NCBI GenBank assembly: GCA_002269645.1
Contig: NIVC01000374.1
Coordinates: 310,001-374,000, forward strand
Reading direction: 5' to 3'
DNA length: 64,000 bases
Source: Macrostomum lignano
Lineage: Eukaryota
Position 1 is the first letter of the stretch. Every line of letters starts with the position of its first letter. This document shows, piece by piece, positions 25,549 through 39,306 of this stretch. The notes beneath the pieces were generated by a model, which saw nothing but the letters and a program-made list of their open reading frames with translations, was not told the DNA's origin and made no database searches. Both the position numbers and the translations under genes were made by a program.

Positions 25549-26572
25549 CAGAGATGACATGACATTGAGATGACATGAGATTGAGATGACATGAGATTGA
25601 GATGACATGAGATTGGGGTGACTTGAGATTGAGATGACATGAGATTGGGCTGACATGAGATTGAGATGACATCAGATTGAGGTGACATGAGATTGAGATG
25701 AAATGAGATGAGATAACATGACATTGAGATAACATGAGATTGAGGTGACATGAGATTGAGATGACATGAGATTGAGATGAAATGAGATTGAGATGACATG
25801 AGATTGAGATCACATGAGGTTGAGATCACATGAGGTTGAGATCACATGAAATTGAGATGACATGAAATTGAGATGACATGAGATTGAGATGACATGAGAT
25901 TGAGATGACATGAGATTGAGATGACATGAGATTGAGATGACATGAGATTGAGATGACATGAGATTGAGATGACATGAGATTGAGATGACATGAGATTGAG
26001 ATGACATGAGATTGAGATGACATGAGATTGGGCTGACATGAGATTGAGATGACATCAGATTGAGGTGACATGAGATTGAGATGAAATGAGATGAGATAAC
26101 ATGACATTGAGATAACATGAGATTGAGGTGACATGAGATTGAGATGACATGAGATTGAGATGAAATGAGATTGAGATGACATGAGATTGAGATCACATGA
26201 GGTTGAGATCACATGAGGTTGAGATCACATGAAATTGAGATGACATGAAATTGAGATGACATGAGATTGAGATGACATGAGATTGAGATGACATGAGATT
26301 GAGATGACATGAGATTGAGATGACATGAGATTGAGATGACATGAGATTGAGATGACATGAGATTGAGATGACATGAGATTGAGATGACATGAGATTGAGA
26401 TGACATGAGATTGAGATGACATGAGATTGAGATGACATGAGATTGAGATGACATGAGATTGAGATGACATGAGATTGAGATGACATGAGATTGAGATGAC
26501 AGTAAGTTGAGATGACATGAGATTGAGATGACATGAGATTTTGAGATGACATGAGATTTTGAGATGACAGTA
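25549..26572. repeat. 16-bp minisatellite GAGATTGAGATGACAT
   Basis: About 63 units; internal block duplicated at about 383-bp spacing. Confidence 0.97.
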
Positions 26573-27544
26573 AGTTAAGAAGTTAAGATAGAGCGCTATC
26601 GCAAAAGCCAAGGTCAAGCAAAATGCAGTGAGAGAGTGCTGGCTAGATAATCAATCTCACGATATCTGAAGATCTAACCGCGGCTGCATGGATGCGCAGG
26701 GTCAGAGGTCAAAACAAAGCTCGACCCCCGGAATTGCTGACTCAGGAACTGCTGATTCCGGAATTGATTGCAGGTTCATTTGGTGTGAAGCAACTGGCTT
26801 TCCTAGAAATCAGAACTGTTATCCCAAGTTGGGATCTGGCATAGCTGAAGCTAAAAAAAGAAGAAATATTATTGCAAAGCTCTTCTTTTGCCCCCGCGAC
26901 TGGAGTGATATCATTTCAAGCTAACCAAAGGTATGGAAGAAATTATTTCTGTCTTCTAAAAGCAATCAATTGATCCCAGAGGGAAAAGAACACCTTGTTG
27001 AAACCAATGAAGCGATATTTTACACAGATAATGCTACAAGGCAGGAACACAAAAATTTCATCCAACAATGAACGGGTAAGCTTTGCGTTTATTATGAAAT
27101 TTCAAACTGATCGAGCTTTTTGTTATTGTAGCATAAGAATTTCGGCGGCGAATTAAATTCAGAGTTTCTTGGAAATATTATATTAGTTTAAATAAACAAA
27201 GCTCCACACGCCAGGTTTGACCCAGTGATGAGTCATCGAGGGTTCATTCGTCACCAGAAATTACTATTAGCATTCCCATCAAAAATGCCGTTAAAATTTA
27301 TGGGCCTTTCCGTAAGATATAGGATTAAACACACATCCGAGAGATGTAAGATTGTGCGATGAGTAAAAATCCAGATTTTAGTTTGAATAGAGAAGTTTTA
27401 TGACTTTATGACACCTTGTAATACATGAAGCTTAGAGGTAAAGGAATGTCAAAGCGAGTGCGGCTTGGAATTTTAAAACAAATGACGAGAAAAATGGCGC
27501 CAAAAATTCATCTGTAGCTCCAAAAAGCAACAAAAGAATCACCA

Positions 27545-28650
27545 TATATTAGATAAGAATCGCCAAATATCAGATAAGAATCGCCAAATATCAGATAAGA
27601 ATCGCCAAATATCAGATAAGAATCGCCAAATATCAGATAAGAATCGCCAAATATCAGATAAGAATCGCCAAATATCAGATAAGAATCGCCAAATATCAGA
27701 TAAGAATCGCCAAATATCAGATAAGAATCGCCAAATATCAGATAAGAATCGCCAAATATCAGATAAGAATCGCCAAATATCAGATAAGAATCGCCAAATA
27801 TCAGATAAGAATCGCCAAATATCAGATAAGAATCGCCAAATATCAGATAAGAATCGCCAAATATCAAATGAGAATCGCCAAATATCAGATAAGAGTCGCC
27901 AAATATCAGATAAGAATCGCCAAATATCAGATAAGAATCGCCAAATATCAGATAAGAATCGCCAAATATCAGATAAGAATCGCCAAATATCAGATAAGAA
28001 TCGCCAAATATCAAATGAGAATCGCCAAATATCAGATAAGAGTCGCCAAATATCAGATAAGAATCGCCAAATATCAGATAAGAATCGCCAAATATCAGAT
28101 AAGAATCGCCAAATATCAGATAAGAATCGCCAAATATCAAATGAGAATCGCCAAATATCAGATAAGAGTCGCCAAATATCAGATAAGAATCGCCAAATAT
28201 CAGATAAGAATCGCCAAATATCAAATGAGAATCGCCAAATATCAGATAAGAATCGCCAAATATCAGATAAGAATCGCCAAATATCAAATGAGAATCGCCA
28301 AATATCAGATAAGAGTCGCCAAATATCAGATAAGAATCGCCAAATATCAGATAAGAATCGCCAAATATCAGATAAGAATCGCCAAATATCAGATAAGAAT
28401 CGCCAAATATCAGATAAGAATCGCCAAATATCAGATAAGAGTCGCCAAATATCAGATAAGAATCGCCAAATATCAGATAAGAATCGCCAAATATCAAATG
28501 AGAATCGCCAAATATCAGATAAGAATCGCCAAATATCAGATAAGAATCGCCAAATATCAAATGAGAATCGCCAAATATCAGATAAGAATCGCTAATAATC
28601 AGATAAGAATCGCCAAATATCAAATGAGAATCGCCAAATATCAGATAAAA
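27545..28650. repeat. 21-bp minisatellite AGAATCGCCAAATATCAGATA
   Basis: About 52 units. Confidence 0.97.
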
Positions 28651-28704
28651 ATCCCCCAAAAATCTTCGATAATCTTTGCTAAACTTAAATATAAACTGGG
28701 CAGG

Positions 28705-29021
28705 ATGTTTCGAAAGGGGGGGTGTCACAAACTCGAAATTTCACAACGTCGAATGCACCTTCTTTCATAAGGTCGAAATTTCATAACATCGAAAACTCAA
28801 ATAGCAACCACTTTCACTCAGGTCGAAATTTCACAACGTAGAAAACTATTGTATAGCTCTTGTTATATTAAATTTTCGACGTTGTGAAAGTGGTTGCCAT
28901 TTGAGTTTTCTACGTTGTGAAATTTCGAACTTGTGAAATTTCGACCTTATGAAGTCCTTTGCTAAAGGTTTCGATGTTGTGAAATTTCGACCTTGTGAAA
29001 GCACCCCGCTTCGAGCAACAT
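28705..29021. mobile_element. Foldback/MITE-like element built from TCGAAATTTCACAA submotifs
   Basis: Ends GGGGGGTGTCACAA..TCGAAATTTCACAAC and GTTGTGAAATTTCGACCTTGTGAAAGCACCCC are inverted; internal arms CTCAAATAGCAACCACTTTCAC / GTGAAAGTGGTTGCCATTTGAG are also inverted. Confidence 0.7.
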
Positions 29022-29489
29022 AAATAAGATTGCCATTTAAGCAGGCTCAAAGCCCGCGTGTCTCACGCCAACCCCAAGGCTTGCGTAATTGAAGACTGCA
29101 ACGACACTGCAGCCGCTAATTCGCTTCATCCCCTGCGCACAGAACTGCCAGCAGCCAGCTGAGATCCCCAGCTCTGCCCGAAGCAGATGCCTCTAGGAGC
29201 TGTTCCAAGATTGCATAGCAACTAGCCGGCTAGGAAACCGAAAAGGGTAATAATAATTATTAGTCGGGCAGCTGCGGGGGCCGCCAATATTGCAGGTTTG
29301 GCGGCATCTCCAGCCGCTAGTAATAATTAATTATTTGTAGCCAGGGCCTTCTATTCAGTCGCACCTTCGGGTTCACCTTGGGCAGCACCCGCCCCAATAA
29401 ATGCATTCATGGGGAAACACTTGCCGCATGTTTTACCGCCTAACTAGAAAAGTTCATCGAGTATATGCCTACAACTGACTGTGTTGACC

Positions 29490-30362
<873 letters not shown>

Positions 30363-31714
30363 TACCCTAACCCTAACCCAACTGATAGTGGAGCAGCGGC
30401 AAGCTGTCAGTTGTCATTAACAGCTGACAGAAATCCGTTACAATCCGTAGTCAGTTTCAAAAGCAGAAAAAAAACTTGATGTGTACCCAATAGGTCGCAT
30501 ATCTTGGTGGCAGTAGAGTGCAAGCTATAAGTTCAGATAAGTCTTAAGTTTGAACTTCGCAAAAAATTCCATACATATTGCTGCCTGCCTAGTTTCAAAT
30601 CCTCTAACGGCTTCACTCGGTTTCTCTGTAAATTCACCTCCTTAGTATCTACGAGTATATTATTACGGCGTAGAAATCAATTTTTTGCACCATAAACGAC
30701 GGACTGGAAGCGGGCTCTCACACGCACTGGCTCATGGCAAAATGCCAAATTCTCATTCAACTCCAGCTATTTAATGATTAGTTTGCGCGTTCCGTCACGG
30801 TGCTATTTATTAGTCTGATTGACCCACAGTTTCAAAAGCGTTAGGTAATCTCTGTGTAGATAAAACCCTAACGGACGTCAAACCTACTCAAAAATCAATA
30901 TTCGACCAAAACATCTGGCTAAGCAAATTGTCTAATCTCTAAAAAGTGCTTTTTTGCAAGCCTCCTCTCTCTGTCTGCTTTCTCGAGCATTGCTACATAA
31001 TTTGATAATCGCGGTTCGCATCATTAGCTGCCCAGCATCCGTCAGTCAACTGATCACAGATGCAGAAGCGCACATATAGAGAAAAAGACAACAGAAAATC
31101 TATATTACAGAAACACAGCGCGCAAACTTCAACCTGACAAGAGGCGATCTTCTGCATTGTGGGACATCCAATTTGGGGCGAAATTTCATTACTTTCGAAC
31201 GGCCCGAGGGCTTCAGCGAGCCGATGTGGTGCATATGTTTGACCGAAAGGCACTGTACGAGTACAGTTGAGGTTTTTTTCGATTTCTACTTTCTCTTATA
31301 ATTTTTTTTGCTTCAGCTTGAGCAGCGGAAATCAAAGGAAAAATCCAATGGTTTGTTTGGTTTGGCTCACTCGCTGCTCACTCGCTGCTCTTTCCTGAGG
31401 CCATTGGTAGGGACACTACTAGAGGAGATACAGAGGACCGTCAGTTGCTTCCTTCCCCTCTCTCAATTCCTCCTCTTTCTCACTTGCCACTCGGCATCTT
31501 TCTGTCTGTCGTGACCGGAATCGATGCTTGGATTGCGGATAGCAAGATATAAATAGAGAGAGAAAGAGGGAGATAGAAATAAGGTAACGGGAACGAATAA
31601 TCTTGTCACTGTGTTTGGGGTGCCTACGAGCGTATCTAGGAAACTCGAAGAGTGGTAAACACATTCAAATACCATTTTTATCACCGTGTATTAAATTGTT
31701 CTGATGTTGTGCGT

Positions 31715-32330
31715 TTGTGTGCTGCTTTGTTGAGTTGTGGTGCTGTTGAGTTGTGCTGCTGTTGAGTTGTGGTGCTGTTGAGTTGTGGTGCTGTTGAGTT
31801 GTGGTGCTGTTGAGTTGTGGTGCTGTTGAGTTGTGGTGCTGTTGAGTTGTGGTGCTGTTGAGTTGTGGTACTGTTGAGTTGTGCTGCTGTAGAGTTGTGT
31901 TGCTGTAGAGTTGTGTTGCTGTAGAGTTGTGGTGCTGTAGAGTTGTGTTGCTGTAGAGTTGTGGTGCTGTAGAGTTGTGTTGCTGTAGAGTTGTGGTGCT
32001 GTTGAGTTGTGGTGCTGTAGAGTTGTGTTGCTGTAGAGTTGTGTTGCTGTAGAGTTGTGGTGCTGTAGAGTTGTGGTGCTGTAGAGTTGTGTTGCTGTAG
32101 AGTTGTGGTGCTGTTGAGTTGAGGTGCTGTTGAGTTGTGGTGCTGTTGAGTTGTGGTGCTGTAGAGTTGTGTTGCTGTAGAGTTGTGGTGCTGTTGAGTT
32201 GTGGTGCTGTTGAGTTGTGGTGCTGTTGAGTTGTGGTGCTGTTGAGTTGTGCTGCTGTTGAGTTGTGCTGCTGTTGAGTTGTGCTGCTGTTGAGTTGAAG
32301 TGATGTTGTGTTCAGTGTTGTGCTTTTGTG
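31715..32330. repeat. 16-bp minisatellite GCTGT(T/A)GAGTTGTGGT
   Basis: About 36 units upstream of the Ly6 gene. Confidence 0.95.
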
Positions 32331-32595
32331 TTATCCTGATCTGCTCTGTGTTGCGATCAGTTTAATGTAGCGACCGTATTTCGCAATCGCAGCAAACCGT
32401 CTGGACCCTAAACCCATAATTTTATAAACAAGCAGAATCTCGCTGCAGTGAAAAGTTGAGACTAAACTGTCTATGGCCCATAAAGCTGCCCTTAAAGCAG
32501 CTTTTTTATGTCAAACGTGTTACTCAGGTGAATCGCAATTAGCACTGCTAAAGCATAAATGCAATAGGATAGACTGAAGATAACTGGCTGAACGC

Positions 32596-33249
32596 ATGAG
32601 GACAAGAGCCACTCATTGGTGCCTAGTAGCCTTGTTGGTTAGCGTCCTACTGAGCCGCAAGCCAGTCTGCGCAATCAAATGCTACAAAACCGGCGTTGGG
32701 TCGACTCCGCACTTGGTGGATTGCGGGCCGCACGCCAGAGCCTGTCGAATCATTGTCAAACCGTACAAACTGCAGAACAATAGCGCGGTCAGCGACTGCA
32801 ATGACAAACAAATGGTTGGTAGATTTGTTTTTGACTGCGTCGTTGAATGCCCGGAGTGGCACGGGGATCGGCACTGGAATGAGCTGGATTGCTGCTCCAG
32901 CAACAACTGCAACACCGGTGATGAACTGCGAGAGCAGACACGATGCTACGTGTCCAAGGGCCGCGACTCCAGTGCATACGATGAAATCCAGATGTGCAAC
33001 AAGCCTGATCGCTGCGCAGTCAACATTGTGACAAGAGAGACCAGATGCGTCACTCACAGAGATTGCACCAGCAAGCTGTGGGCCTGCTGCAGAGATGAGG
33101 ACTGCCTCAACAAATGGGGAGTTGAGAAGGTCACTGCCAGCTTGCTGGAAGAGAGCTCGACTGCTGCCGACTTGCTGCCTTCAGCTGCTCCGGTACTGAT
33201 CGGCCTGATTGCTCAATTGGTCAATGCTGTCGTAGCCACAGGCCTCTAA
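32596..33249 (+). CDS. Ly6/uPAR (three-finger) protein with two LU domains, signal peptide and probable GPI signal, 217 aa, intronless CDS
   Basis: Hydrophobic N-terminus; domain 1 IKCY...DCCSSNNCN; domain 2 TRCY...ACCRDEDCLN; Ser/Ala spacer and hydrophobic C-terminus (APVLIGLIAQLVNAVVATGL). The CCxxxxCN ending is the LU-fold signature. Confidence 0.8.
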   Translation: MRTRATHWCLVALLVSVLLSRKPVCAIKCYKTGVGSTPHLVDCGPHARACRIIVKPYKLQNNSAVSDCNDKQMVGRFVFDCVVECPEWHGDRHWNELDCCSSNNCNTGDELREQTRCYVSKGRDSSAYDEIQMCNKPDRCAVNIVTRETRCVTHRDCTSKLWACCRDEDCLNKWGVEKVTASLLEESSTAADLLPSAAPVLIGLIAQLVNAVVATGL

Positions 33250-34344
33250 TCGTAACTAATTGCAATCCTTTGAAAATTCCAATTCGACATTAAATTCAAT
33301 TCAATTAATTTGCATTTATGAGTATTGCGTGATAATAACACACATCTACTGAAACACAAACCCCAGCTGATGACTTACTTGTGCATATATTTAATTACTG
33401 ACTCAATAAAACTACTTTATCGACAATTTTATTCAAAAAAGACTAACGACTTTGCTTTAATTTTATCTGGCGCACTCTGGCTAAGCACCCATACACACAC
33501 GTTCACAGCGGCCCTTTGACTTTCTAATCCTGTCAGACATGTGCAATCTCTGTGCCTTCGGGTTTGTTGGTCCTCCAGGAACCAGGGGTCGTGACGCAAG
33601 AGAGCCACATGCGGATGCGTTAACCCACTGAGCTGCTTCCATGATGGAGCAGAGTGGATTTCTAATCTCGCCAATCCCTTCAACTCTACCCTTTGTTTCA
33701 AACCAAGGTTCCGACTCGCTCTTGTCCCCATCTAGAAACTTTGATCTGCTAGCTGTTCTCATTAAAATAAAATGGAGAAATCAAACGACAAGTATAGTGA
33801 AGAACTCAGACAGCTTCTAACTTTTCCAAGGGCTATTCAGTCCTACCTTGACTGACCTCGTTGGGGTCTTCTCCTAAAAGAGGAAGGCAAGAAGACACGC
33901 AAAGCTGTCGAGGATGAGATGGGGGACGGAGGCTGGAGAGGGGCAGAAGAAGAGTTTAAAAAAATTGGCTAGTCCAGCCTTGTGGCACGTAGTTCACGGG
34001 ACTAACAGACAGAATTAGAAAGGTAGAAAATCACGCAGAGCTACAGTGAGAACTGGTCACTCTCATCCACTTGATCACTGCCAAGCTACTCTTAAAAAAA
34101 TCGCGATTTTTTAATCCCTTTGCTTCGCAACTCGAACTCTAACTGATGATTCATTCGTTAAGCCTTGTTCGTGATTTTTCTAATTCCGTCAAGGATGGCT
34201 AAGGAGATGGCTTTTTGAGAATAAAGCTATTGGCAGTGCTGCATGGAAGACGGTTACAAGGCTGGGTGCTGAATAAAAATTTTGCCTGACTCTTGCTTTG
34301 CGCGGTGTCACAGTGGAAATGATTAGATTTTTTCTGTGACTTTT

Positions 34345-35210
34345 TACTCTCTGCCGCTCTCTGCCGCTCTCTGCCGCTCTCTGCCACTCTCTTTCACTAT
34401 CTGCCGCTCTCTGTCGCTCTCTGCCGCTCTCTGCCGCTCTCTGCCGCTCTCTGCCGCTCTCTGTCGCTCTCTGCCGCTCTCTGCCGCTCTCTGCCGCTCT
34501 CTGTCGCTCTCTGCCGCTCTCTGCCGCTCTCTGCCGCTCTCTGCCGCTCTCTGCCGCTCTCTGCCGCTCTCTGCCGCTCTCTGTCGCTCTCTGCCGCTCT
34601 CTGCCGCTCTCTGCCGCTCTCTGCCGCTCTCTGCCGCTCTCTGTCGCTCTCTGTCGCTCTCTGCCGCTCTCTGTCGCTCTCTGCCGCTCTCTGTCGCTCT
34701 CTGCCGCTCTCTGTCGCTCTCTGCCGCTCTCTGCCGCTCTCTGCCGCTCTCTGTCGCTCTCTGCCGCTCTCTGCCGCTCTCTGTCGCTCTCTGCCGCTCT
34801 CTGCCACTCTCTTTCACTCTCTGCCGCTCTCTGTCGCTCTCTGTCGCTCTCTGCCGCTCTCTGCCGCTCTCTGCCGCTCTTTGACATTCTCTTCCACTCT
34901 ATGCCATTTTTGGTCGCTCTCTATCACTCTCTGTCGCTCTCTGCCACTCTCTGTCATCCTCTACCGCTCTCTGTCACACTCTGCCACTCTCTGCCACTCT
35001 CTGCCGCTCTCTGCCACTCTCTGCCGCTCTCTTCCACTCTCTGCCTCCCTTTGCCACTCTCTTCCGCCCTCTGCCACTCTCAGCCACTCTTTGCCAATCT
35101 CTGCCACTCTCTGCCACTCTCTTCCACTCTCTGCCACTCTCTGCCGCTCTCTGCCACTCTCTGCCGCCCTCTGCCGCCCTCTGCCGCTCTCTGCCGCTCT
35201 CTGCCACTCT
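34345..35210. repeat. 10-bp minisatellite CTCTGCCGCT
   Basis: Homogeneous at the left, degenerate at the right. Confidence 0.95.
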
Positions 35211-35849
35211 GCCACTTCTTCGCAGAATAGAAAACCTGCGAAATCAGCGCATCGCTGTCAGAGAAAAGATGATAGAAAATTTGTATTCCACTCGCAGCTG
35301 TTTAAGAGTCGCTGCATGGTTGAAGGGGAAGAGAGTTGGGGAAAATCTCCCACCAATTAGAACCAACCCCTCTCCATTTTATTCCCCAACTGAGCAGTGA
35401 GCCCCGGCAAAGGCTTGGTAAGGGGTAGGGGTAGTTCTGGGAGGCGATTAAAGACGGTTAATCCCGTTGAGGATTGCACCAAATTTTATATAGCTGAGTC
35501 TGGAAAGATAAAACTCTGGACCAATGGAGATCCAGTTGGCTGCGTTAGAGACTTGGCTGACCAGATGTTCGGCCTTCTTTCTTTAAATTGGATTCCGAAT
35601 TGAAGTACTCATATGGTGTGGGATGGTGCTTAACAATGCGATGAGGAATGGAAGCTGGAAACTAGCAGCTAGTTTTATGTACTTTAGGAAAATCAGATGT
35701 GAATACAGGGGAACACAGAAACGGTGGGGTGGAGGAAGGATGCTTAAAAATTGGTAGAGAGGAGAGGTGTTTAGAGGTTAGTTAAGAGGATGGGTGTTTA
35801 AGAGGAGGTAGGTGTTTATGAGAGAGAGAAGAGGAGGGTGTTTTGAGGG

Positions 35850-36348
35850 GTTGAAGAAAGAGGGTGTTTAAGTGGCGTAGAAGGAGGGTGTTTAGGAGGT
35901 GTCGGAGAAGGAGGATGTTTAGGTGTCGGAGAAGGAGGATGTTTAGGTGTCGGAGAAGGAGGGTGTTTAGGAGGTGTCGGAGAAGGAGGGTGTTTAGGAG
36001 GTGTCAGAGAAGGAGGGTGTTTAGAAGGTGTCAGAGAAGGAGGGTGTTTAGGAGGTGTCGGAGAAGGAGGGTGTTTAGGAGGTGTCGGAGAAGGAGGGTG
36101 TTTATGAGGTGTCGGAGAAGGAGGGTGTTTAGAAGGTGTCAGAGAAGGAGGGTGTTTAGAAGGTGTCAGAGAAGGAGGGTGTTTATGAGGTGTCGGAGAA
36201 GGAGGGTGTTTAGAAGGTGTCGGAGAAGGAGGGTGTTTAGAAGGTGTCAGAGAAGGAGGGTGTTTAGAAGGTGTCAGAGAAGGAGGGTGTTTAGAAGGTG
36301 TCGGAGAAGGAGGGTGTTTAGGTGTTGGAGAAGGAGGGTGTTTAGGAG
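35850..36348. repeat. 27-bp minisatellite GAAGGAGGGTGTTTAG(G/A)AGGTGTCGGA
   Basis: About 17 units, some 24 bp. Confidence 0.93.
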
Positions 36349-37009
36349 GCTAGGAAGCATATTTGCGCAATAATCTAGTTGATAAACATAGCAATCATAA
36401 ATCAGTCAGGAAATTCGCAATGCTGGCATGTTACATCTCAACTCTGATTTAAGAGACAGAAAAAAACACACAAAAAGCATAAAGGAATAAAAATTCAAAT
36501 CAAACTTCAATGTAACCTGTTATGAAATACTTAGATGAAACATTCTCTTTTAATTAGCATTTTGTAATTTAGCAGGTAGATTATAAGTCAATATACGTCT
36601 CCAGCATTCATTCTTTTCCAATCCAGGTTTCTATTTGAATTGGCGTCAATATCTCCTATACGCTAGCAATTTAGTTCATCGCAGCGTCTAAAAATCTCTG
36701 CCAGTGACAGACCAACCCCTAAGTGGTTAGCGGGATTATGAATTACAATCCCTTAATACTCGGGCTAAGACTGCTTGCATATCAGTCTGCAAATGACAGA
36801 TTTTAGAATAAGACATCAACCAAACAAGATCTGCTTGTTGGCTGAGTTTCCTGAGGATCTAGAAAATCTTGGCGAAACTTAACCTTAAGTATGAATATGA
36901 ATTATTGCTTCGTTAACCGCTTCAGCTCTCTGGGATATTCATAAAATTAAATGTACCGGTAAAATAGATGTTAATCTAAAATTACAGTTGGAGAATAGCT
37001 CCGCTTCAC

Positions 37010-37607
37010 TCTAACTTCCCCACTCTACCCCACTCTACCCCACTCTACCCCACTCTACCCCACTCTACCCCACTCTAACTCACTCTACCTCACTCTACCG
37101 CACTCTACCCCACTCTACCCCACTCTAGCCCACTCTACCCCACTCTACCCCACTCTACCCCACTCTACCCCACTCTACCCCACTCTACCCCACTCTACCC
37201 CACTCTACCCCACTCTACCCCACTCTACCCCACTCTACCCCACTCTACCCCACTCTACCCCACTCTACCCCACTCTACCCCACTCTAACTCACTCTACCT
37301 CACTCTACCTCACTCTACCTCACTCTACCTCACTCTACCCCACTCTACCCCACTCTACCCCACTCCACCCCACTCTACCCCACTCTACCCCACTCTACCC
37401 CACTCTACCCCACTCTACCCCACTCTACCCCACTCTACCCCACTCTACCCACTCTAACTCACTCTACCTCACTCTACCTCACTCTACCTCACTCTACCTC
37501 ACTCTACCTCACTCTACCTCACTCTACCCCATTCTACCCCACTCTACCCCACTCCACCCCACTCTACCCCACTCTACCCCACTCTAGCCCACTCTACCCC
37601 ACTCTAC
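37010..37607. repeat. 10-bp minisatellite CACTCTACCC
   Basis: About 58 units. Confidence 0.97.
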
Positions 37608-38436
37608 GTTACTATGAACGCCTCAGTAAAGGACACTTGCAGCCCAAATCCAAGTACATGTAGCTACATAAAACAAACTAAAAAATTGCGAAACGATTAG
37701 ATATCCGAAATTAGGCTGAAAAATGACGCCCCATACAATTAAAAAGCCAGACGCAGTTGTTTTTTAAAACCAATAAATATACATCACTGCGTGCTGGGAA
37801 AGCTTAATTTAAGACTTGATTTTTTCCTCCTCTCCTCTCCCTGCAGACGCATCCCGAACTCCGTTTGCCCTATCTAATCCCCAGGCGCAATTGAAATTCG
37901 CAGAAATCCCTAATCAAAGTGCAGAGCTTAAAGAGAGACTCCGAAATCATTTTCTATCGAAGAGTTTCGATTTCGATTCGTGCCACGACTATGAATTGAG
38001 GCGTCGAAAGTAAAAGTACATATTTCTCATTTCTTGGAAAAAAACAATTATATTTTGTTAAAAACTGACTCGCCATCATCCAGTTAGTCAGTTAATTAAC
38101 ATCCACAGTTAACAAAAAAAGGAATTAAAACAAAATTAATAATCAACCGTTAACGATTTCTTAGAATTTCCGGCTTTTTCCGTGATGATTTAGCAAAACT
38201 GAATATAAACAAAAAATAGTCATGGAGACCAAAAAATATTTGATTGTTGAATATTTCTTCTCTTTTATTATACTGAAAACTCTACCAGCTGTTTTGCTCG
38301 AGAAAGATTAAAAAATGCCGATTAAATATTTTACTGTCCGGCCATTCAATATTTGAATTTAATTTCGCGTCTTTATTGATAACGGCATTGTTCGCCACGC
38401 ACTACACGCACGAAAACAATAGACTTTGTCATGACA

Positions 38437-39262
38437 TGCCACATGTCTCGTGACAATATATCTTATGAACAACGTTACAATAAATCCTAGAATTCACGTG
38501 ACAATATATCCTACAAATCACATGACAATATATCCTACAAATCACGTGACAATATATCCTACAAATCACGTGACAATATATCCTAGAATTCACGTGACAA
38601 TATATCCTACAAATCACGTGACAATATATCCTACAAATCACGTGACAATATATCCTACAAATCACGTGACAATATATCCTACAAATCACGTGACAATAAA
38701 TCCTACAAATCACGTGACAATATATCCTACAAATCACGTGACAATATATCCTACAAATCACGTGACAATATATCCTACAAATCACGTGACAATATATCCT
38801 ACAAATCACGTGACAAGATATCCTACAAATCACGTGACAAGATATCCTACAAATCACGTGACAATATATCCTACAAATTACGTGACAATATATCCTACAA
38901 ATCACGTGACAATATATCGTAGAATTCACGTGACAATATATCCTACAAATCACGTGACAATATATCCTACAAATCACGTGACAAGATATCCTACAAATCA
39001 CGTGACAATATATCCTACAAATAACGTGACAATATATTCTACAAATCACGTGACAATATATCCTAGAATTCACGTGACAATATATCCTACAAATCACGTG
39101 ACAAAATATCCTACAAATCACGGGACAATAAATCATATAAACCACGTGACAATATATCCTACAAATCACGTCACAATATATTCTACAAATCACTGTCAAT
39201 ATATCCTAGAAATCGCGTCACATACTAAATACATGTATAACCTACAAATCACGTGACAATAA
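38437..39262. repeat. 24-bp minisatellite GTGACAATATATCCTACAAATCAC (junctions form TCACGTGA)
   Basis: About 33 units ending about 45 bp before ATG 39307. Confidence 0.96.
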
Positions 39263-39306
39263 ATATTATATTGACGTCATCTACGTGTCGTATTCCAGGT
39301 CCAGCA

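Noticed and set aside
30365-30379. CCCTAACCCTAACCC telomeric repeat
   Set aside because: Only 2.5 units; expected by chance or as part of common repeats.
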